A DNA stretch of 64,000 bases from Salinivirgaceae bacterium. Lineage in GTDB: Bacteria; Bacteroidota; Bacteroidia; Bacteroidales; SZUA-534. Positions 29,004-40,015 of this stretch are shown here, piece after piece. The stretch is taken from positions 182,082 through 246,081 of the forward strand of contig JAKSOL010000001.1 in NCBI GenBank assembly GCA_024405635.1, given 5' to 3'. Below the pieces are notes generated by a model. The model was given only the letters and a program-made list of their open reading frames with translations. It searched no databases and had not been told where the DNA came from. The position numbers and the translations under genes are program-made. Positions within the stretch are counted from its first letter, which is position 1, and each line of letters opens with the position of its first letter.

Positions 29004-29948
29004 ATGGCAAACGAACAGGTTAAACTACTTATAATAGGTTCAGGTCCAGCAGGTTATACAGCTGCAATTTATGCGTCACGAGCAAATTTATCGCCAGTTT
29101 TGATTGAAGGTTTGCAAGTGGGCGGACAACTAACCACAACAACCGACATTGAAAACTTTCCTGGTTACCCAAACGGCATCTCGGGTGCCGAAATGATGGA
29201 AGACCTTCGTCGTCAAGCTGAACGCTTTGGTACCGAAATGCGCTTTGGTATGGTTACTAGTGTCGATTTTTCGGGCGATAAAAAACTGGTCACAGTTGAT
29301 GGCGATAAACTGATTGAGGCTGAGGCTGTTATTGTTGCTACTGGCGCAACTGCAAAATATCTGGGCTTGCCCTCCGAGGCTAAATTCCGCGGCAGTGGTG
29401 TTTCGGCTTGTGCTACTTGCGATGGCTTTTTTTACCGCAAAAAAGATGTAGCAGTAGTTGGCGGCGGCGATACCGCTTGCGAAGAAGCTACCTATCTGGC
29501 CCATTTATGCAACAAAGTATATCTTATTGTACGCAAAGATGCATTACGAGCTTCAAAAGCAATGCAACAACGCGTGTTCAACACTCCTAACATCGAAGTG
29601 CTGTTTGAGCATAACACATTGGAACTAACTGGTACCGATGTGGTTGAGGGCGCCCGTTTGGTATTTCGACAAGGCACTGCCGACGAGCAAATTCGCGACA
29701 TTAAAATCGACGGCTTTTTCCTCGCAATTGGCCACAAACCAAACAGCGATGTGTTTGCTAAATACCTTGATACCGACGATGCTGGATACATTAAAACAAT
29801 AGCAGGTACTTCAAAAACCAATGTGACAGGCGTGTTCGCTTGTGGCGATGTGCAAGATCCGCGCTACCGTCAAGCTATTACAGCCGCAGGTTCGGGATGC
29901 AAGGCTGCTCTCGATGCTGAACAATATATTCTTTCACGAAACGATTAA
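29004..29948 (+). CDS. trxB: Thioredoxin reductase
   Basis: IIGSGPAG, GGQLTTT, SACATCDG, GGGDTA and RQAITAAGSG. Confidence 0.97.
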   Translation: MANEQVKLLIIGSGPAGYTAAIYASRANLSPVLIEGLQVGGQLTTTTDIENFPGYPNGISGAEMMEDLRRQAERFGTEMRFGMVTSVDFSGDKKLVTVDGDKLIEAEAVIVATGATAKYLGLPSEAKFRGSGVSACATCDGFFYRKKDVAVVGGGDTACEEATYLAHLCNKVYLIVRKDALRASKAMQQRVFNTPNIEVLFEHNTLELTGTDVVEGARLVFRQGTADEQIRDIKIDGFFLAIGHKPNSDVFAKYLDTDDAGYIKTIAGTSKTNVTGVFACGDVQDPRYRQAITAAGSGCKAALDAEQYILSRND

Positions 29949-29950
29949 AT

Positions 29951-32659
29951 ATGGATTTGGTAATTGAGTTTGACTGCCGTTGCCAATTACAATGGGGACA
30001 ACGATTGATGGTAGTTGGATCGTCGGAAGTACTTGGCTTTTGGAATGTTGAAAATGCATTGGCACTTGAATGTTACGAGTACGATCGCTGGCATCTTACC
30101 ATTCATCACGACGAAAATGAGGCTCCGTTTAGTTATAAATACGCTATTTACGACGAACGAACCGATACTTATATAATTGAAAAACGCCGAGCTAGGTATA
30201 TTTCAAAATTTAAGCGTTCGCGCGAATATCGTTTTTGCGATTTTTGGCAAGATGCCGATGCTGAAACATTTGCTCATTTGAGTAATGTGGCTACTAAAAT
30301 GTTGATGAAGAGCAAAAAACGTTCTCGAATCAATCGCAGCCACGCAACCGTTGTTCGGTTTGGATTGTATGCTCCGGCAATTACTGCAACTCAATATATC
30401 TGCATCACAGGAGCTTGCGATGCTTTAGGTTGGTGGGACGTAAACCGAGCAATTCCTCTAAACCTTGACGAGGGCGGTTTTTGGAACATCAGTCTTGAAG
30501 GTGCTGATATGCCACAATGGCTTGAGTATAAGTATGTTGTAAAAGATTTGAACGATGCTCAATTCTTGCATTGGGAGGAGGGCCCAAACCGAATTTTCCG
30601 CAAAACACGCACCGAGGAGGTCCTTTCAACTTATGTTAACGATGGAATTTTAATCTATGGTGAATGCCAAATGCGAGCGGCTGGCGTAAACATTCCAGTG
30701 TTCTCGTTGCGTAGCGAACGCAGTTTTGGTGTGGGCGATTTCACCGATTTGAAACTAATGGCCGATTGGGCAGCATTGGTCGGTATTCGCCTTATTCAAA
30801 TTCTGCCAGTTAACGATACTACTGCAACATATTCATTCTTAGATTCTTATCCATATAACTCAATATCGGTTTTTGCCCTTAATCCAATTTATTTGGACGT
30901 GTACCGAATGGGCAAACTCAGCGACGAACAACGCATGGCCAATTATGAGCGTAATAGGCTGCAATTAAATGCGTTGCAAACTGTTGACTACGAAAATGTA
31001 CTGAAACTGAAATTGCAATATTGCGACGACTATTTTACTGAACAACAGCATTTTATATTAGAAGACGAGGGCTTTGCTGAATTTATTGAAAACAACGCCT
31101 CGTGGCTAAAACCGTATGCTGCGTTTAGCGTTTTGCGCGATGTGTTCCGCACTTGCGATTTTCGACGTTGGGACAGCAAATCACATTTTGCACCTAAGTT
31201 GATTGACGACATGTTCAGCCCAAATTCAATATACTACTTCAAGTGTATGAAATGGTGCTTCATTCAGTATCATTTGGACAAACAGTTGGCTGAAGCAAAC
31301 GACTACGCAATGCGCAAAGGCGTGGCCATTAAGGGCGATATTCCAATTGGTGTAAATCGTTGTGGTGTAGATGCTTGGAGCAATCCTCAGCTGTTTAACT
31401 TTGGAGGACAAGCAGGTGCGCCCCCCGACGATTTTGCTGAAGATGGTCAAAACTGGGGATTCCCAACTTACAAGTGGGACGAAATGGCAAAAGACGGCTA
31501 TGCTTGGTGGCGCAGCCGCTTGCAGCAAATGAGCAAATACTCGTCGGCTTACCGCATCGACCACATATTGGGCTTTTTCCGCATTTGGGAAATACCAACT
31601 AATGCAAAATCGGGATTGTTGGGCCATTTTTGTCCAGCTAAACCATTGTCGCGCAAAGAATTGCAAGAGTCCGGACTTGAGTTTGATGAGGAGCGACTTT
31701 GTTCTCCTTTTATTACAAACCAAACCCTTGATGCCATTTTTGGAGATAAGGCAGCAAAAGTTAAATCGCGGTTTTTGAACCAAACCGATGATAATACATA
31801 TCAGCTAAAACCTGAATTTGATACCCAAGCCAAAATATATGAGCAGTTGGTGGGGCATAAAAATCCCGAATCGTTAGCCGACCGCACACGAGAATTGCTC
31901 AACGGATTGCTAAAACTAGTAACCGAAGTGCTACTATTGCCCGATACTCAAGACGGATTTTACCATCCCCGTATTTCAATCGATAAATCGTTGTCGTTTA
32001 AGCAACTAAACAACGAGCAACAAACAGTTTTGTTGAACATTTACAACGACTTTTTCTTCAACCGCCATAACGATTTTTGGGCTAAACAGGCAATAATAAA
32101 ACTAACGTCGTTGGTCGAAAGTTCGCGCATGCTAGTTTGTGGCGAAGATTTAGGTATGATTCCAGCCTGTGTGGCGCCAATAATGTCGCAGTTAGGCATT
32201 TTAAGTCTTGAAATACAACGAATGCCAAAAGATTTTGTTGAGTTTGTAAACCTGCAAAACATACCATACCTATCGGTTTGCGCTACATCATCGCACGACT
32301 TGTCAAACATTAGAGCGTGGTGGCAAGAAAATGCCGAATCGACACAACGCTATTACAATCAACTGCTTCAACATAAAGGAGTTGCACCATCATGTGCCGA
32401 CGCTTCTATTTGTAAAGAAGTTATTATGCAGCACCTAAATTCGCCAGCAATGTTGGCTGTGGTTCCTGTGCAAGACTTTTTTGCAGTGATGGGTGATAAA
32501 TATGTTGTAGCCGATCCAACAACCGAGCGCATCAATGTTCCTGCAAACCCACGCAACTATTGGCACTATAGAATGCACGTCAACCTTGAGCAAATGATTC
32601 GCGATAAAGTTGCTTTGCGAGTAGTTCGCGATATGATTACAACTTCAAAACGAAATTGA
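29951..32659 (+). CDS. malQ: 4-alpha-glucanotransferase (GH77) with two N-terminal CBM20 domains
   Basis: Two CBM20 motifs (GS..LG.W and WEEGPNR), plus IQILPVND, KGDIPIG, GAPPDDF, YRIDHILGFFRIW, CGEDLG and SSHD. Confidence 0.92.
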   Translation: MDLVIEFDCRCQLQWGQRLMVVGSSEVLGFWNVENALALECYEYDRWHLTIHHDENEAPFSYKYAIYDERTDTYIIEKRRARYISKFKRSREYRFCDFWQDADAETFAHLSNVATKMLMKSKKRSRINRSHATVVRFGLYAPAITATQYICITGACDALGWWDVNRAIPLNLDEGGFWNISLEGADMPQWLEYKYVVKDLNDAQFLHWEEGPNRIFRKTRTEEVLSTYVNDGILIYGECQMRAAGVNIPVFSLRSERSFGVGDFTDLKLMADWAALVGIRLIQILPVNDTTATYSFLDSYPYNSISVFALNPIYLDVYRMGKLSDEQRMANYERNRLQLNALQTVDYENVLKLKLQYCDDYFTEQQHFILEDEGFAEFIENNASWLKPYAAFSVLRDVFRTCDFRRWDSKSHFAPKLIDDMFSPNSIYYFKCMKWCFIQYHLDKQLAEANDYAMRKGVAIKGDIPIGVNRCGVDAWSNPQLFNFGGQAGAPPDDFAEDGQNWGFPTYKWDEMAKDGYAWWRSRLQQMSKYSSAYRIDHILGFFRIWEIPTNAKSGLLGHFCPAKPLSRKELQESGLEFDEERLCSPFITNQTLDAIFGDKAAKVKSRFLNQTDDNTYQLKPEFDTQAKIYEQLVGHKNPESLADRTRELLNGLLKLVTEVLLLPDTQDGFYHPRISIDKSLSFKQLNNEQQTVLLNIYNDFFFNRHNDFWAKQAIIKLTSLVESSRMLVCGEDLGMIPACVAPIMSQLGILSLEIQRMPKDFVEFVNLQNIPYLSVCATSSHDLSNIRAWWQENAESTQRYYNQLLQHKGVAPSCADASICKEVIMQHLNSPAMLAVVPVQDFFAVMGDKYVVADPTTERINVPANPRNYWHYRMHVNLEQMIRDKVALRVVRDMITTSKRN

Positions 32660-32676
32660 CCTATTAAAAAACAAAT

Positions 32677-33690
32677 ATGGCAACCAAATTCAAACGCTAT
32701 GTTATTCGCCCAATTCGAGACCGAATAGTTTATTGGTTTTTTATTTTAATGTACAGCACCTTGTATATTATGCCGCGACGCCCAATTTTGTGGTGGCATG
32801 GCAAATTAAGTGGAATGGCTTTTAAGATAATGGGCAACATTCGTAAACAGGCCATTCAGCATTTAAAATACGCTTATGGCAACGAACTAAGCGATACCCA
32901 ATGCAAGCAGATAGCGCGCAAAATGTTTGATAGTCTTGCCAAAACATTAACCGACTACGCTTTTTTTAGCCACATGCATACTCGCGATGAATTTTCACGC
33001 TATTTTAAATTTGAAGGCGAAGAACATTTGCAAGCTGCATACAAACGAGGCAAAGGCGTGTTGTGTATGATACCCCACACACCAGGTTGGGAGTTCTCGG
33101 CAATAATGCCACCAATTATGGGATATAAATCGTTAGGCGTAAGTAGTAGACTGAAAAACAAAAAGTTAAACGAATTTGCAGTTCGTATGCGCGAGTCGCG
33201 AGGAATGCGCGATGTTATTCGCGAACAATGCTACGACGAACTAGTGCGCAGCCTTAAAGCTGGCGAGTGCTTAATAATTATGATTGACCAAGATAGTATG
33301 CGCGTACGCGGTGAGTTTGTTAATTTCTTTGGCAAACCAGCCTACACACCAATTGGTTGTGCCCGGTTGGCTCAAGAAACTGGGGCCGCAGTGGTGCCAA
33401 TGGCAACCATTCGAAACGACGAAACAAACTCCTACACGTTCAAAATTTGGCCCGAAATTCCTTACGAAGATTATGGCGATACAACCCAAAATTATATTCG
33501 CAACACTCAGAAATACAACGATATAATTGAAAAAATAATTCGCCAAAATCCAGAACAATGGGTATGGTTGCACAAACGTTGGAATACAACCCCCGAATTG
33601 TTGGCGGCATACTTAGAAGACAGGAGAGCAACAAAAGCCAAAAAACTATTGCAACAACAAAATACTACAAACAATGGACAAAAACTTTAA
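32677..33690 (+). CDS. Lipid A biosynthesis acyltransferase (HtrB/LpxL family)
   Basis: EGEEHL, HxxxWE, IDQD, FFGKPA and PEQWVWLHKRW. Confidence 0.85.
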   Translation: MATKFKRYVIRPIRDRIVYWFFILMYSTLYIMPRRPILWWHGKLSGMAFKIMGNIRKQAIQHLKYAYGNELSDTQCKQIARKMFDSLAKTLTDYAFFSHMHTRDEFSRYFKFEGEEHLQAAYKRGKGVLCMIPHTPGWEFSAIMPPIMGYKSLGVSSRLKNKKLNEFAVRMRESRGMRDVIREQCYDELVRSLKAGECLIIMIDQDSMRVRGEFVNFFGKPAYTPIGCARLAQETGAAVVPMATIRNDETNSYTFKIWPEIPYEDYGDTTQNYIRNTQKYNDIIEKIIRQNPEQWVWLHKRWNTTPELLAAYLEDRRATKAKKLLQQQNTTNNGQKL

Positions 33691-33874
33691 TTACGAAGAC
33701 GGAATGGCGCAAATACAAGCCATTGTTGATAAAATTGAAAACGGTCAAGTTTCAGTAACCGAAATGCTTGATTTGGTGAAACAAGCCGCTGAAATTTTGA
33801 AAAAATGCCGAGCAAAACTCACACAAGTAGGCGACGATATTAATAAAATACTAGACGAAGCTAAACAATCATAA
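33674..33874 (+). CDS. xseB: Exodeoxyribonuclease VII small subunit
   Basis: NYEDGMAQIQAIVDKIENG...LKKCRAKL; 66 aa. Confidence 0.82.
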   Translation: MDKNFNYEDGMAQIQAIVDKIENGQVSVTEMLDLVKQAAEILKKCRAKLTQVGDDINKILDEAKQS

Positions 33875-33938
33875 CAAAATACATAGCCCATTTTGTTGTG
33901 TAAAATGTTCGTATAATTTTGATACCAAATTAATTACC

Positions 33939-35303
33939 ATGGAAAAATCAAATAATATGAATCGCCGCGACTTTTTGAAAGTAATGGGTGCTGGCGCAAC
34001 CGCAGTTGCAGTGGCTAGTTGTGGCATGCAAAAAAGTGGCGACAAAAGTGCATCGTTAAACGAAATACCAACCGATGCAATGACCTATCGCGTTAACCCA
34101 AACGACGGTAAAAAAGTATCTATTTTGGGTTATGGTTGCATGCGTTGGCCCACACGCAAAAAAGCCGACGGCACCGGCGAAGAAATTGATCAAGAAGAAG
34201 TTAACCGATTGGTCGATTATGCAATTGAACACGGTGTAAATTTGTTCGACACATCGCCACGTTATGTTCAAGGTTTGTCAGAAGAAGCAACAGGCATCGC
34301 GTTGAGCCGCCATCCTCGCGACAAGTATATGGTTTCTACCAAAATGTCAAACTTTACGCCTGATACTCAAACACTTGAAGGCGCAAAAGAAATGTACTAC
34401 CAGTCAATGAAACGACTACGTGTTGATTATTTTGACTACTACTTGCTTCATGCTGTTGGCTCATACTCGGCATATAAACAACGCTATTTGGACAACGGTG
34501 TACTCGATTTCCTTTTGAAAGAACGCGAGGCTGGCCGAATAAAAAATTTGGGTTGGTCGTTTCATGGCGAGCAAAGTTTCTTCGATTACATGTTCTCGCA
34601 GAACGAGGTAAAGTGGGACTTTGTGCTCATTCAACTTAATTATGTTGACTGGCGTCATGCAAGTGGTAGCAACGTAAATGCTGAATATTTGTGCAGTGTG
34701 TTAAGCAGTAAAGGCGTGCCAGCGCTAGTTATGGAACCTTTGCAAGGCGGGCGACTAAACAAACTTGATTTTAAGAGCCTTGAGCGTTTGAAACAAATGG
34801 ACCCAGAGGCTAGTGCAGCATCGTGGGCATTCCGTTTCGCTGGGTCGCAACAATGCGTGTTGTCGGTTTTGAGCGGAATGACATATATGGAACATTTGCA
34901 AGACAATGTAAAATCGTTTTCGCCACTTAAAACACTCACAACCACCGAGATGGATACTCTTGAAGATGTGGCTCAAATGATATTAAAGTATCAGTTTATA
35001 CCATGTAACGATTGCAAATATTGCATGCCATGCCAATATGGAATTGATATTCCTAGCATAATTAACCATTACAATAAGTGTTTGCGCGAGGGAAACTATT
35101 CAGGCAAACCAACCGATCCCGATTATCAAAGGGCACGTAAAGCTTTTTTGGTTGGTTACGACCGTTCAGTCCCAAAACTTCGTCAAGCCGACCATTGCAT
35201 ATCATGTGGCGACTGCATGCCTAAATGTCCACAACGCATCAATATTCCAAAAGAATTAAAGCGAATTGACCAATACGTTGAGGAGTTGAAACGAAACGCA
35301 TAA
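33939..35303 (+). CDS. Aldo/keto reductase with a C-terminal 4Fe-4S dicluster and a Tat signal
   Basis: NRRDFLK and VASC, GYGCMRWP, FDTSPRY, STKM, YLLHA, CNDCKYCMPC and CISCGDCMPKCP. Confidence 0.88.
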   Translation: MEKSNNMNRRDFLKVMGAGATAVAVASCGMQKSGDKSASLNEIPTDAMTYRVNPNDGKKVSILGYGCMRWPTRKKADGTGEEIDQEEVNRLVDYAIEHGVNLFDTSPRYVQGLSEEATGIALSRHPRDKYMVSTKMSNFTPDTQTLEGAKEMYYQSMKRLRVDYFDYYLLHAVGSYSAYKQRYLDNGVLDFLLKEREAGRIKNLGWSFHGEQSFFDYMFSQNEVKWDFVLIQLNYVDWRHASGSNVNAEYLCSVLSSKGVPALVMEPLQGGRLNKLDFKSLERLKQMDPEASAASWAFRFAGSQQCVLSVLSGMTYMEHLQDNVKSFSPLKTLTTTEMDTLEDVAQMILKYQFIPCNDCKYCMPCQYGIDIPSIINHYNKCLREGNYSGKPTDPDYQRARKAFLVGYDRSVPKLRQADHCISCGDCMPKCPQRINIPKELKRIDQYVEELKRNA

Positions 35304-35322
35304 GTACTTAAGTAACAACAAT

Positions 35323-35358
35323 AAAAAAGCCGGTTATTGTTCAATAACCGGCTTTTTT
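35323..35358. terminator. Bidirectional terminator between the AKR gene and tRNA-Pro
   Basis: Perfect inverted repeat AAAAAAGCCGGTTATTG / CAATAACCGGCTTTTTT. Confidence 0.9.
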
Positions 35359-35361
35359 GTG

Positions 35362-35435
35362 TCGGGGTGATCCGACTTGAACGGACGACCACTTGCACCC
35401 CATGCAAGTACGCTAGCCAACTGCGCCACACCCCG
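35362..35435 (-). tRNA. tRNA-Pro(GGG)
   Basis: CGGGGTG acceptor stem, anticodon arm CTTGC-ATGGGGT-GCAAG, GTTCAAGT T-loop; CCA not encoded; upstream TACTTTTG at 35449-35456. Confidence 0.95.
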
Positions 35436-35640
35436 TTGAAAGCGGTGGCAAAAGTAAAAAACTTTGCATAATTACAAACAACGCAGTTGTAATATGGTTT
35501 TTTGTGTGGTTTAGTGCAAAAACTGTGTAAAAAATAGGAGTAAAAGCGTAAAACAAAACGGTTGTGTAACATTGCTATTAGCAAAAACTAAATACCTTTG
35601 GAAAGCGAAATTTTTGTTTAACACTAAATATTTTTAATCA

Positions 35641-36915
35641 ATGCAAACTATTGATAATTACAATTTTGCTGGTAAAAAAGCCATCGTTCGCGTTGACTTT
35701 AACGTACCAACTAAAGAAGGCGTTGTAACCGACGACACTCGTATTAAAGGAGCCCTTCCAACTCTTAAAAAAATTCTTGCTGACGGTGGTGCCGTTATTA
35801 TGATGAGCCACATGGGTAAACCAAAAGGCAAGGTTGATATGAAAAAATCGCTTCAACAAATTGTTCCAGCTGTTTCTGCTGCTCTTGGTGTTGAGGTAAA
35901 ATTTGCTGCTGACTGCGCAAACGCTGATGCTGAGGCTTCTGCTTTGAAAATGGGTGAGGCTCTTTTGCTTGAAAACCTTCGTTTCTATGGCGAAGAAGAG
36001 GGCAAACCTGTTGGTATTGAAAAAGAAGATCCAGCTTACGAGGCTGCTAAAAAAGAAATGAAAGGCAAACAAAAAGACTTTGCTAAAAAATTGGCTTCAT
36101 ACGCTGATTGCTATGTTATGGATGCTTTCGGAACAGCTCACCGCAAACATGCTTCAACCGCTGTTATTGCTGACTATTTTGATGCAAACAACAAAATGCT
36201 AGGCTACTTGATGGAGAAAGAGGTTAAAGCTGTTGACGCAGTTTTGAGCGACATTAAACGTCCTTTCACCGCTATTATGGGTGGTTCAAAAGTATCTACC
36301 AAAATTGGTATTATCGAAAACTTGCTTGGCAAAGTTGACAACCTTATCCTTTGCGGTGGTATGACTTATACTTTTGCTAAAGCTTTGGGTGGCAAAGTTG
36401 GTAACTCAATTTGCGAAGATGACAAACTTCAAGTTGCTCTTGACGTGATTGCAAAAGCTAAAGAAAACGGTGTTAACCTAGTTCTTGGTACTGATGCTGT
36501 TATTGCAAAAGACGCTATCGATTGGGATACAATGAGCTTTAAAGCTGGTGCTTCTGTAAAAGTTTCAGCTGCTGGCGAAATTGAAGAAGGTTGGGAAGGT
36601 CTTGATGCTGGTCCAGAGAGCCAAAAAGCTTTTGCTGCAGCTATTAAAGATGCTAAAACAATTCTTTGGAACGGTCCTGCTGGTGTGTTCGAGATTGACG
36701 AATTTACCGCTGGTTCACGTGCTATTGGTGATGCAGTTGCTGAAGCTACCGCTAAAGGTGCTTTCTCGCTTATCGGTGGTGGCGACTCTGTAGCTTGCGT
36801 TAACAAATTCGGTTTGGCTGACAAAGTATCTTACATCTCAACTGGTGGTGGTGCTTTGCTTGAGGCTATCGAGGGTAAAGTATTGCCAGGTATCGCTGCT
36901 ATTAAAGGCGAATAA
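35641..36915 (+). CDS. pgk: Phosphoglycerate kinase
   Basis: [42 protein letters not shown] and STGGGA; upstream TACCTTTG at 35593-35600. Confidence 0.98.
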   Translation: MQTIDNYNFAGKKAIVRVDFNVPTKEGVVTDDTRIKGALPTLKKILADGGAVIMMSHMGKPKGKVDMKKSLQQIVPAVSAALGVEVKFAADCANADAEASALKMGEALLLENLRFYGEEEGKPVGIEKEDPAYEAAKKEMKGKQKDFAKKLASYADCYVMDAFGTAHRKHASTAVIADYFDANNKMLGYLMEKEVKAVDAVLSDIKRPFTAIMGGSKVSTKIGIIENLLGKVDNLILCGGMTYTFAKALGGKVGNSICEDDKLQVALDVIAKAKENGVNLVLGTDAVIAKDAIDWDTMSFKAGASVKVSAAGEIEEGWEGLDAGPESQKAFAAAIKDAKTILWNGPAGVFEIDEFTAGSRAIGDAVAEATAKGAFSLIGGGDSVACVNKFGLADKVSYISTGGGALLEAIEGKVLPGIAAIKGE

Positions 36916-36939
36916 TCGACTAACGATTAAATAAATAAT

Positions 36940-36975
36940 AAAAGCCATCTTGAGTAATCAAGGTGGCTTTTTTTT
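36940..36975. terminator. Intrinsic terminator after pgk (probably bidirectional)
   Basis: AAAGCCATCTTGA...TCAAGGTGGCTTTTTTTT. Confidence 0.85.
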
Positions 36976-36997
36976 CGTCAATACTGAAAAGGTTAAT

Positions 36998-37801
36998 TTA
37001 TATTTCTATTTCTTCTAAATCGTTGGGAATATGAATGTTGCCGCTGTAGTACAAACTAGCCTCGTTGGTATAAATTTGTTTACGGTTGTTTGCGTGGGCA
37101 TCGTTTGTATGGTAAATAATCAGATTTTTTGCATTTAGTTTTTGGGCAGCTTGGGCGGCATCTTTTACTGTAGAGTGGTGCTTTTCGTATGGTTGATAAT
37201 CATCGGCTTCAGTAAACAAACAAAACGACTCGTGCATAAGCCATGTGCAATTTTGGGCAAATGGTTGACATATTGCGTTGTATGGTTCGTCGCCAAGACA
37301 GCATAAATAATTGGGGTTGCCGTTGTTTTCCATTGCAAACCCCATTTGGTCGCATTTGGTGCTACCAATGTCGAAAAAGCGAAAAGTATGGCCTATTATT
37401 TCGTGTTGGTCAGCGTGGCTAAGGGTAATGAATTGAACGGCTTTTCCAAGTTGACTGGCTTGGCTTTTTGAAAAGGCATTGCTTGTAAAGTTTTGTAAAA
37501 TGTTCACCACATCGGCATTGGCGTATATGTGGAATGTATCATTGTATTTGCCTGCAGCTGCGCGTTGGCACACTAAACGAATGAGCCACACAATGCCAAG
37601 TATATGATCAATGTGTTTATGGGTTACAAACACATGCTTAATATCTTGCCAATCAATGCTTTTGTTTTTAAGTCTATGAAGAAGTTCGTTTCCTCCACCG
37701 CCATCAACTAGCATTATTTGGTTGTTGTGCGATATGGTGAAACATGTGTTGTAGTGTTCGTAGGCAAATGCATTGCCTGTACCAAGCATGGTTATTTTCA
37801 T
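36998..37801 (-). CDS. MBL-fold metallo-hydrolase (RNase Z/BN-like)
   Basis: LGTGNA, THKHIDH (HxHxDH), LGD, HES, HHST and YHT. Confidence 0.82.
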   Translation of the reverse strand: MKITMLGTGNAFAYEHYNTCFTISHNNQIMLVDGGGGNELLHRLKNKSIDWQDIKHVFVTHKHIDHILGIVWLIRLVCQRAAAGKYNDTFHIYANADVVNILQNFTSNAFSKSQASQLGKAVQFITLSHADQHEIIGHTFRFFDIGSTKCDQMGFAMENNGNPNYLCCLGDEPYNAICQPFAQNCTWLMHESFCLFTEADDYQPYEKHHSTVKDAAQAAQKLNAKNLIIYHTNDAHANNRKQIYTNEASLYYSGNIHIPNDLEEIEI

Positions 37802-37805
37802 CTTT

Positions 37806-39839
37806 TCAAAAATCTTGACGGAAGTTGCATCCGTTTTTCCACTCAGAGCAACCGTATGCCGTACGTCCCTTAATTATGTGCCCTTTGCCGCAGTGTGGAC
37901 AAACATCGCCTTCTTTAACAAGTTTGTGTGCGGTTGTTGTTTGCTTTTCTTCTGATGTTGTTTTTTCTGCTTTTTTGCGAGGCTTGCTATCGGTCTTTTT
38001 CTTCTCTGTTTTTTCTTTTTTTTCAGGCTTTGTTTCAGCGTCGGGCAACACAGTAACGCGTCGGTTCGATGTGTCATTTTTTACCGTTTGTACAATTTCC
38101 TGTACCATTTGTTTTAGTTCATCAAGAAATTGTTTTGCGTCGTAAGTGTGGTTTTCAATGCCTCGCAGTTTTTTTTCCCACAAACCAGTTAGCTCTGCGC
38201 TTTTTAGTAATTCTTCGCGAATAAGTCCAATTAATTCAATTCCAGTTGCGGTGGCTACTAGGTTTTTCTTCTCTTTAGTTAAGTATCGGCGTTTGAAAAG
38301 AGTTTCAATTATAGCAGCTCGGGTTGAAGGTCGGCCAATGCCGTTTTCTTTCAAAGCATCGCGCAGTTCTTCGTTGTCAACCATTTTACCGGCGGTTTCC
38401 ATAGCGCGCAAAAGTGAGGCCTCGGTGTAAGGTTTGGGAGGGGTGGTTTGCTTTTGTGTTAGTTCGGGTGAGTGCGGTCCACTTTCGCCTTTTTCAAAGT
38501 TTGGCAAAATACGTTCTTCGTCTTCTGTTTTTTTGTCGTCATCATCGCTTTTTTCAAAAACGGAGCGCCAACCTTGTTCAAGTATTTGTTTACCAGTCAC
38601 TTTGAATTCAACGCCAGCCGATTCGCCTAATACTGTGGTGGTTGAGAATTTGCAGTCGGGATAAAAAGCGGCAATAAAGCGGCGGGCTACCAAATCGAAT
38701 ACTTTTTCTTCTTGGTCGGTCATCACACCGCGAGGTAGTACACCAGTAGGTATAATTGCGTGGTGGTCGGTTACTTTGCTCGAGTCGAATACCTTTTTGC
38801 TTTTGGGGAGTTTTTTACCAGCTAATGGTTTTATTACTTGTGAGTAACGTGGATTGATGCCGTTAAAAATCTGCGGGCATTTGTCGTACATGTCGTCGCT
38901 CAAAAATGTTGTATCAACGCGAGGGTAGGTGGTTATTTTTTGCTCGTATAGCCGTTGAATGGTTTGCAAGGTAACTTCGGCCGAAAAACCGAACTTTTTG
39001 TTGCAATCGACTTGTAGCGATGTTAGGTCGTAAAGTCGAGGAGGGGCTTCGGTTCCTTTTTTTGCGCTTGAATCGGTAATGGTAAAAGGTTGACCTGTAA
39101 CTTTTGCAAGCGCCTCAGTTCCATCTTGTTCGCTGTTGTATTTGCCTTTAGTGGCGGTAAATTGCGTTTCGCGGTATATGGTTGTGAGTACCCAATAAGG
39201 TGTGGGTTTAAAGTTTTGTATTTCAAGTTGTCGGTTTACAATTAAAGCTAAAGTTGGAGTTTGCACTCTACCTATCGATAAAACTTGTTTTTCTTGTCCG
39301 TATTTGAGAGTGTAAAGACGAGTTGCGTTCATGCCAAGCACCCAATCTCCAATTGCGCGCGCCAATCCAGCTTCGTAAAGCGATTGGTAGTTTTCTTGTG
39401 GTTTAAGCGATGCAAATCCGTTGCGAATCGACTCTTCGGTTAGTGACGAAATCCACAGTCGTTGCACAGGGCATTTAGCTGCGGCCTTTTGCATCACCCA
39501 ACGTTGAATAAGTTCACCTTCTTGCCCAGCATCGCCGCAGTTTATTATTCCATCGGCGTTTTGCATCAATTTTTCAATTATGCGGAATTGTTTTTCGTAG
39601 CCTTCGTTTTCGATTAGTTTGATGCCAAATCTTGGCGGAATCATAGGTAACATGCCTAGCCTCCACGATTTCCAATCGGAAGTATAATCGTGAGGTTCTT
39701 TTAGTGTGCAAAGATGTCCAAAGGTCCAAGTTACTTGATATCCGTTGCCTTCAAGGTATCCGTCGTGCGAAGCGGTGGCACCAATCACTTTGGCAATGTC
39801 GCGCGCCACGCTGGGTTTCTCTGCAATGCAAACTATCAT
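37806..39839 (-). CDS. topB: DNA topoisomerase III
   Basis: IAEKPSVA, DAGQEGELI, SIGRVQTPTL, TYPRVD, DHHAIIPT, GIGRPSTRA and a C-terminal zinc ribbon. Confidence 0.95.
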   Translation of the reverse strand: MIVCIAEKPSVARDIAKVIGATASHDGYLEGNGYQVTWTFGHLCTLKEPHDYTSDWKSWRLGMLPMIPPRFGIKLIENEGYEKQFRIIEKLMQNADGIINCGDAGQEGELIQRWVMQKAAAKCPVQRLWISSLTEESIRNGFASLKPQENYQSLYEAGLARAIGDWVLGMNATRLYTLKYGQEKQVLSIGRVQTPTLALIVNRQLEIQNFKPTPYWVLTTIYRETQFTATKGKYNSEQDGTEALAKVTGQPFTITDSSAKKGTEAPPRLYDLTSLQVDCNKKFGFSAEVTLQTIQRLYEQKITTYPRVDTTFLSDDMYDKCPQIFNGINPRYSQVIKPLAGKKLPKSKKVFDSSKVTDHHAIIPTGVLPRGVMTDQEEKVFDLVARRFIAAFYPDCKFSTTTVLGESAGVEFKVTGKQILEQGWRSVFEKSDDDDKKTEDEERILPNFEKGESGPHSPELTQKQTTPPKPYTEASLLRAMETAGKMVDNEELRDALKENGIGRPSTRAAIIETLFKRRYLTKEKKNLVATATGIELIGLIREELLKSAELTGLWEKKLRGIENHTYDAKQFLDELKQMVQEIVQTVKNDTSNRRVTVLPDAETKPEKKEKTEKKKTDSKPRKKAEKTTSEEKQTTTAHKLVKEGDVCPHCGKGHIIKGRTAYGCSEWKNGCNFRQDF

Positions 39840-39951
39840 TTTTTGTTATTCTGAATTTGTATTGCAAGATGCCATTTTGGGGCGGTTTCAACGAATTTTA
39901 TCAAGTAAAGTTTCTAACACATTTTGCTCATCGAAATGTTTGTCTGTTGAT

Positions 39952-39990
39952 AAAAAAGCCCCGTTCAACTTTTGTGCTGAACGGGGCTTT
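39952..39990 (-). terminator. Intrinsic terminator after aspS
   Basis: AAAGCCCCGTTCA...TGAACGGGGCTTT with a T run on the minus strand. Confidence 0.85.
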
Positions 39991-40015
39991 GTGTGTTATC
40001 GAGTAACCAAACCGC

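Noticed and set aside
33674-33874. xseB without an adjacent xseA
   Set aside because: Split xseA/xseB loci are common, so this is uninformative without the rest of the genome.
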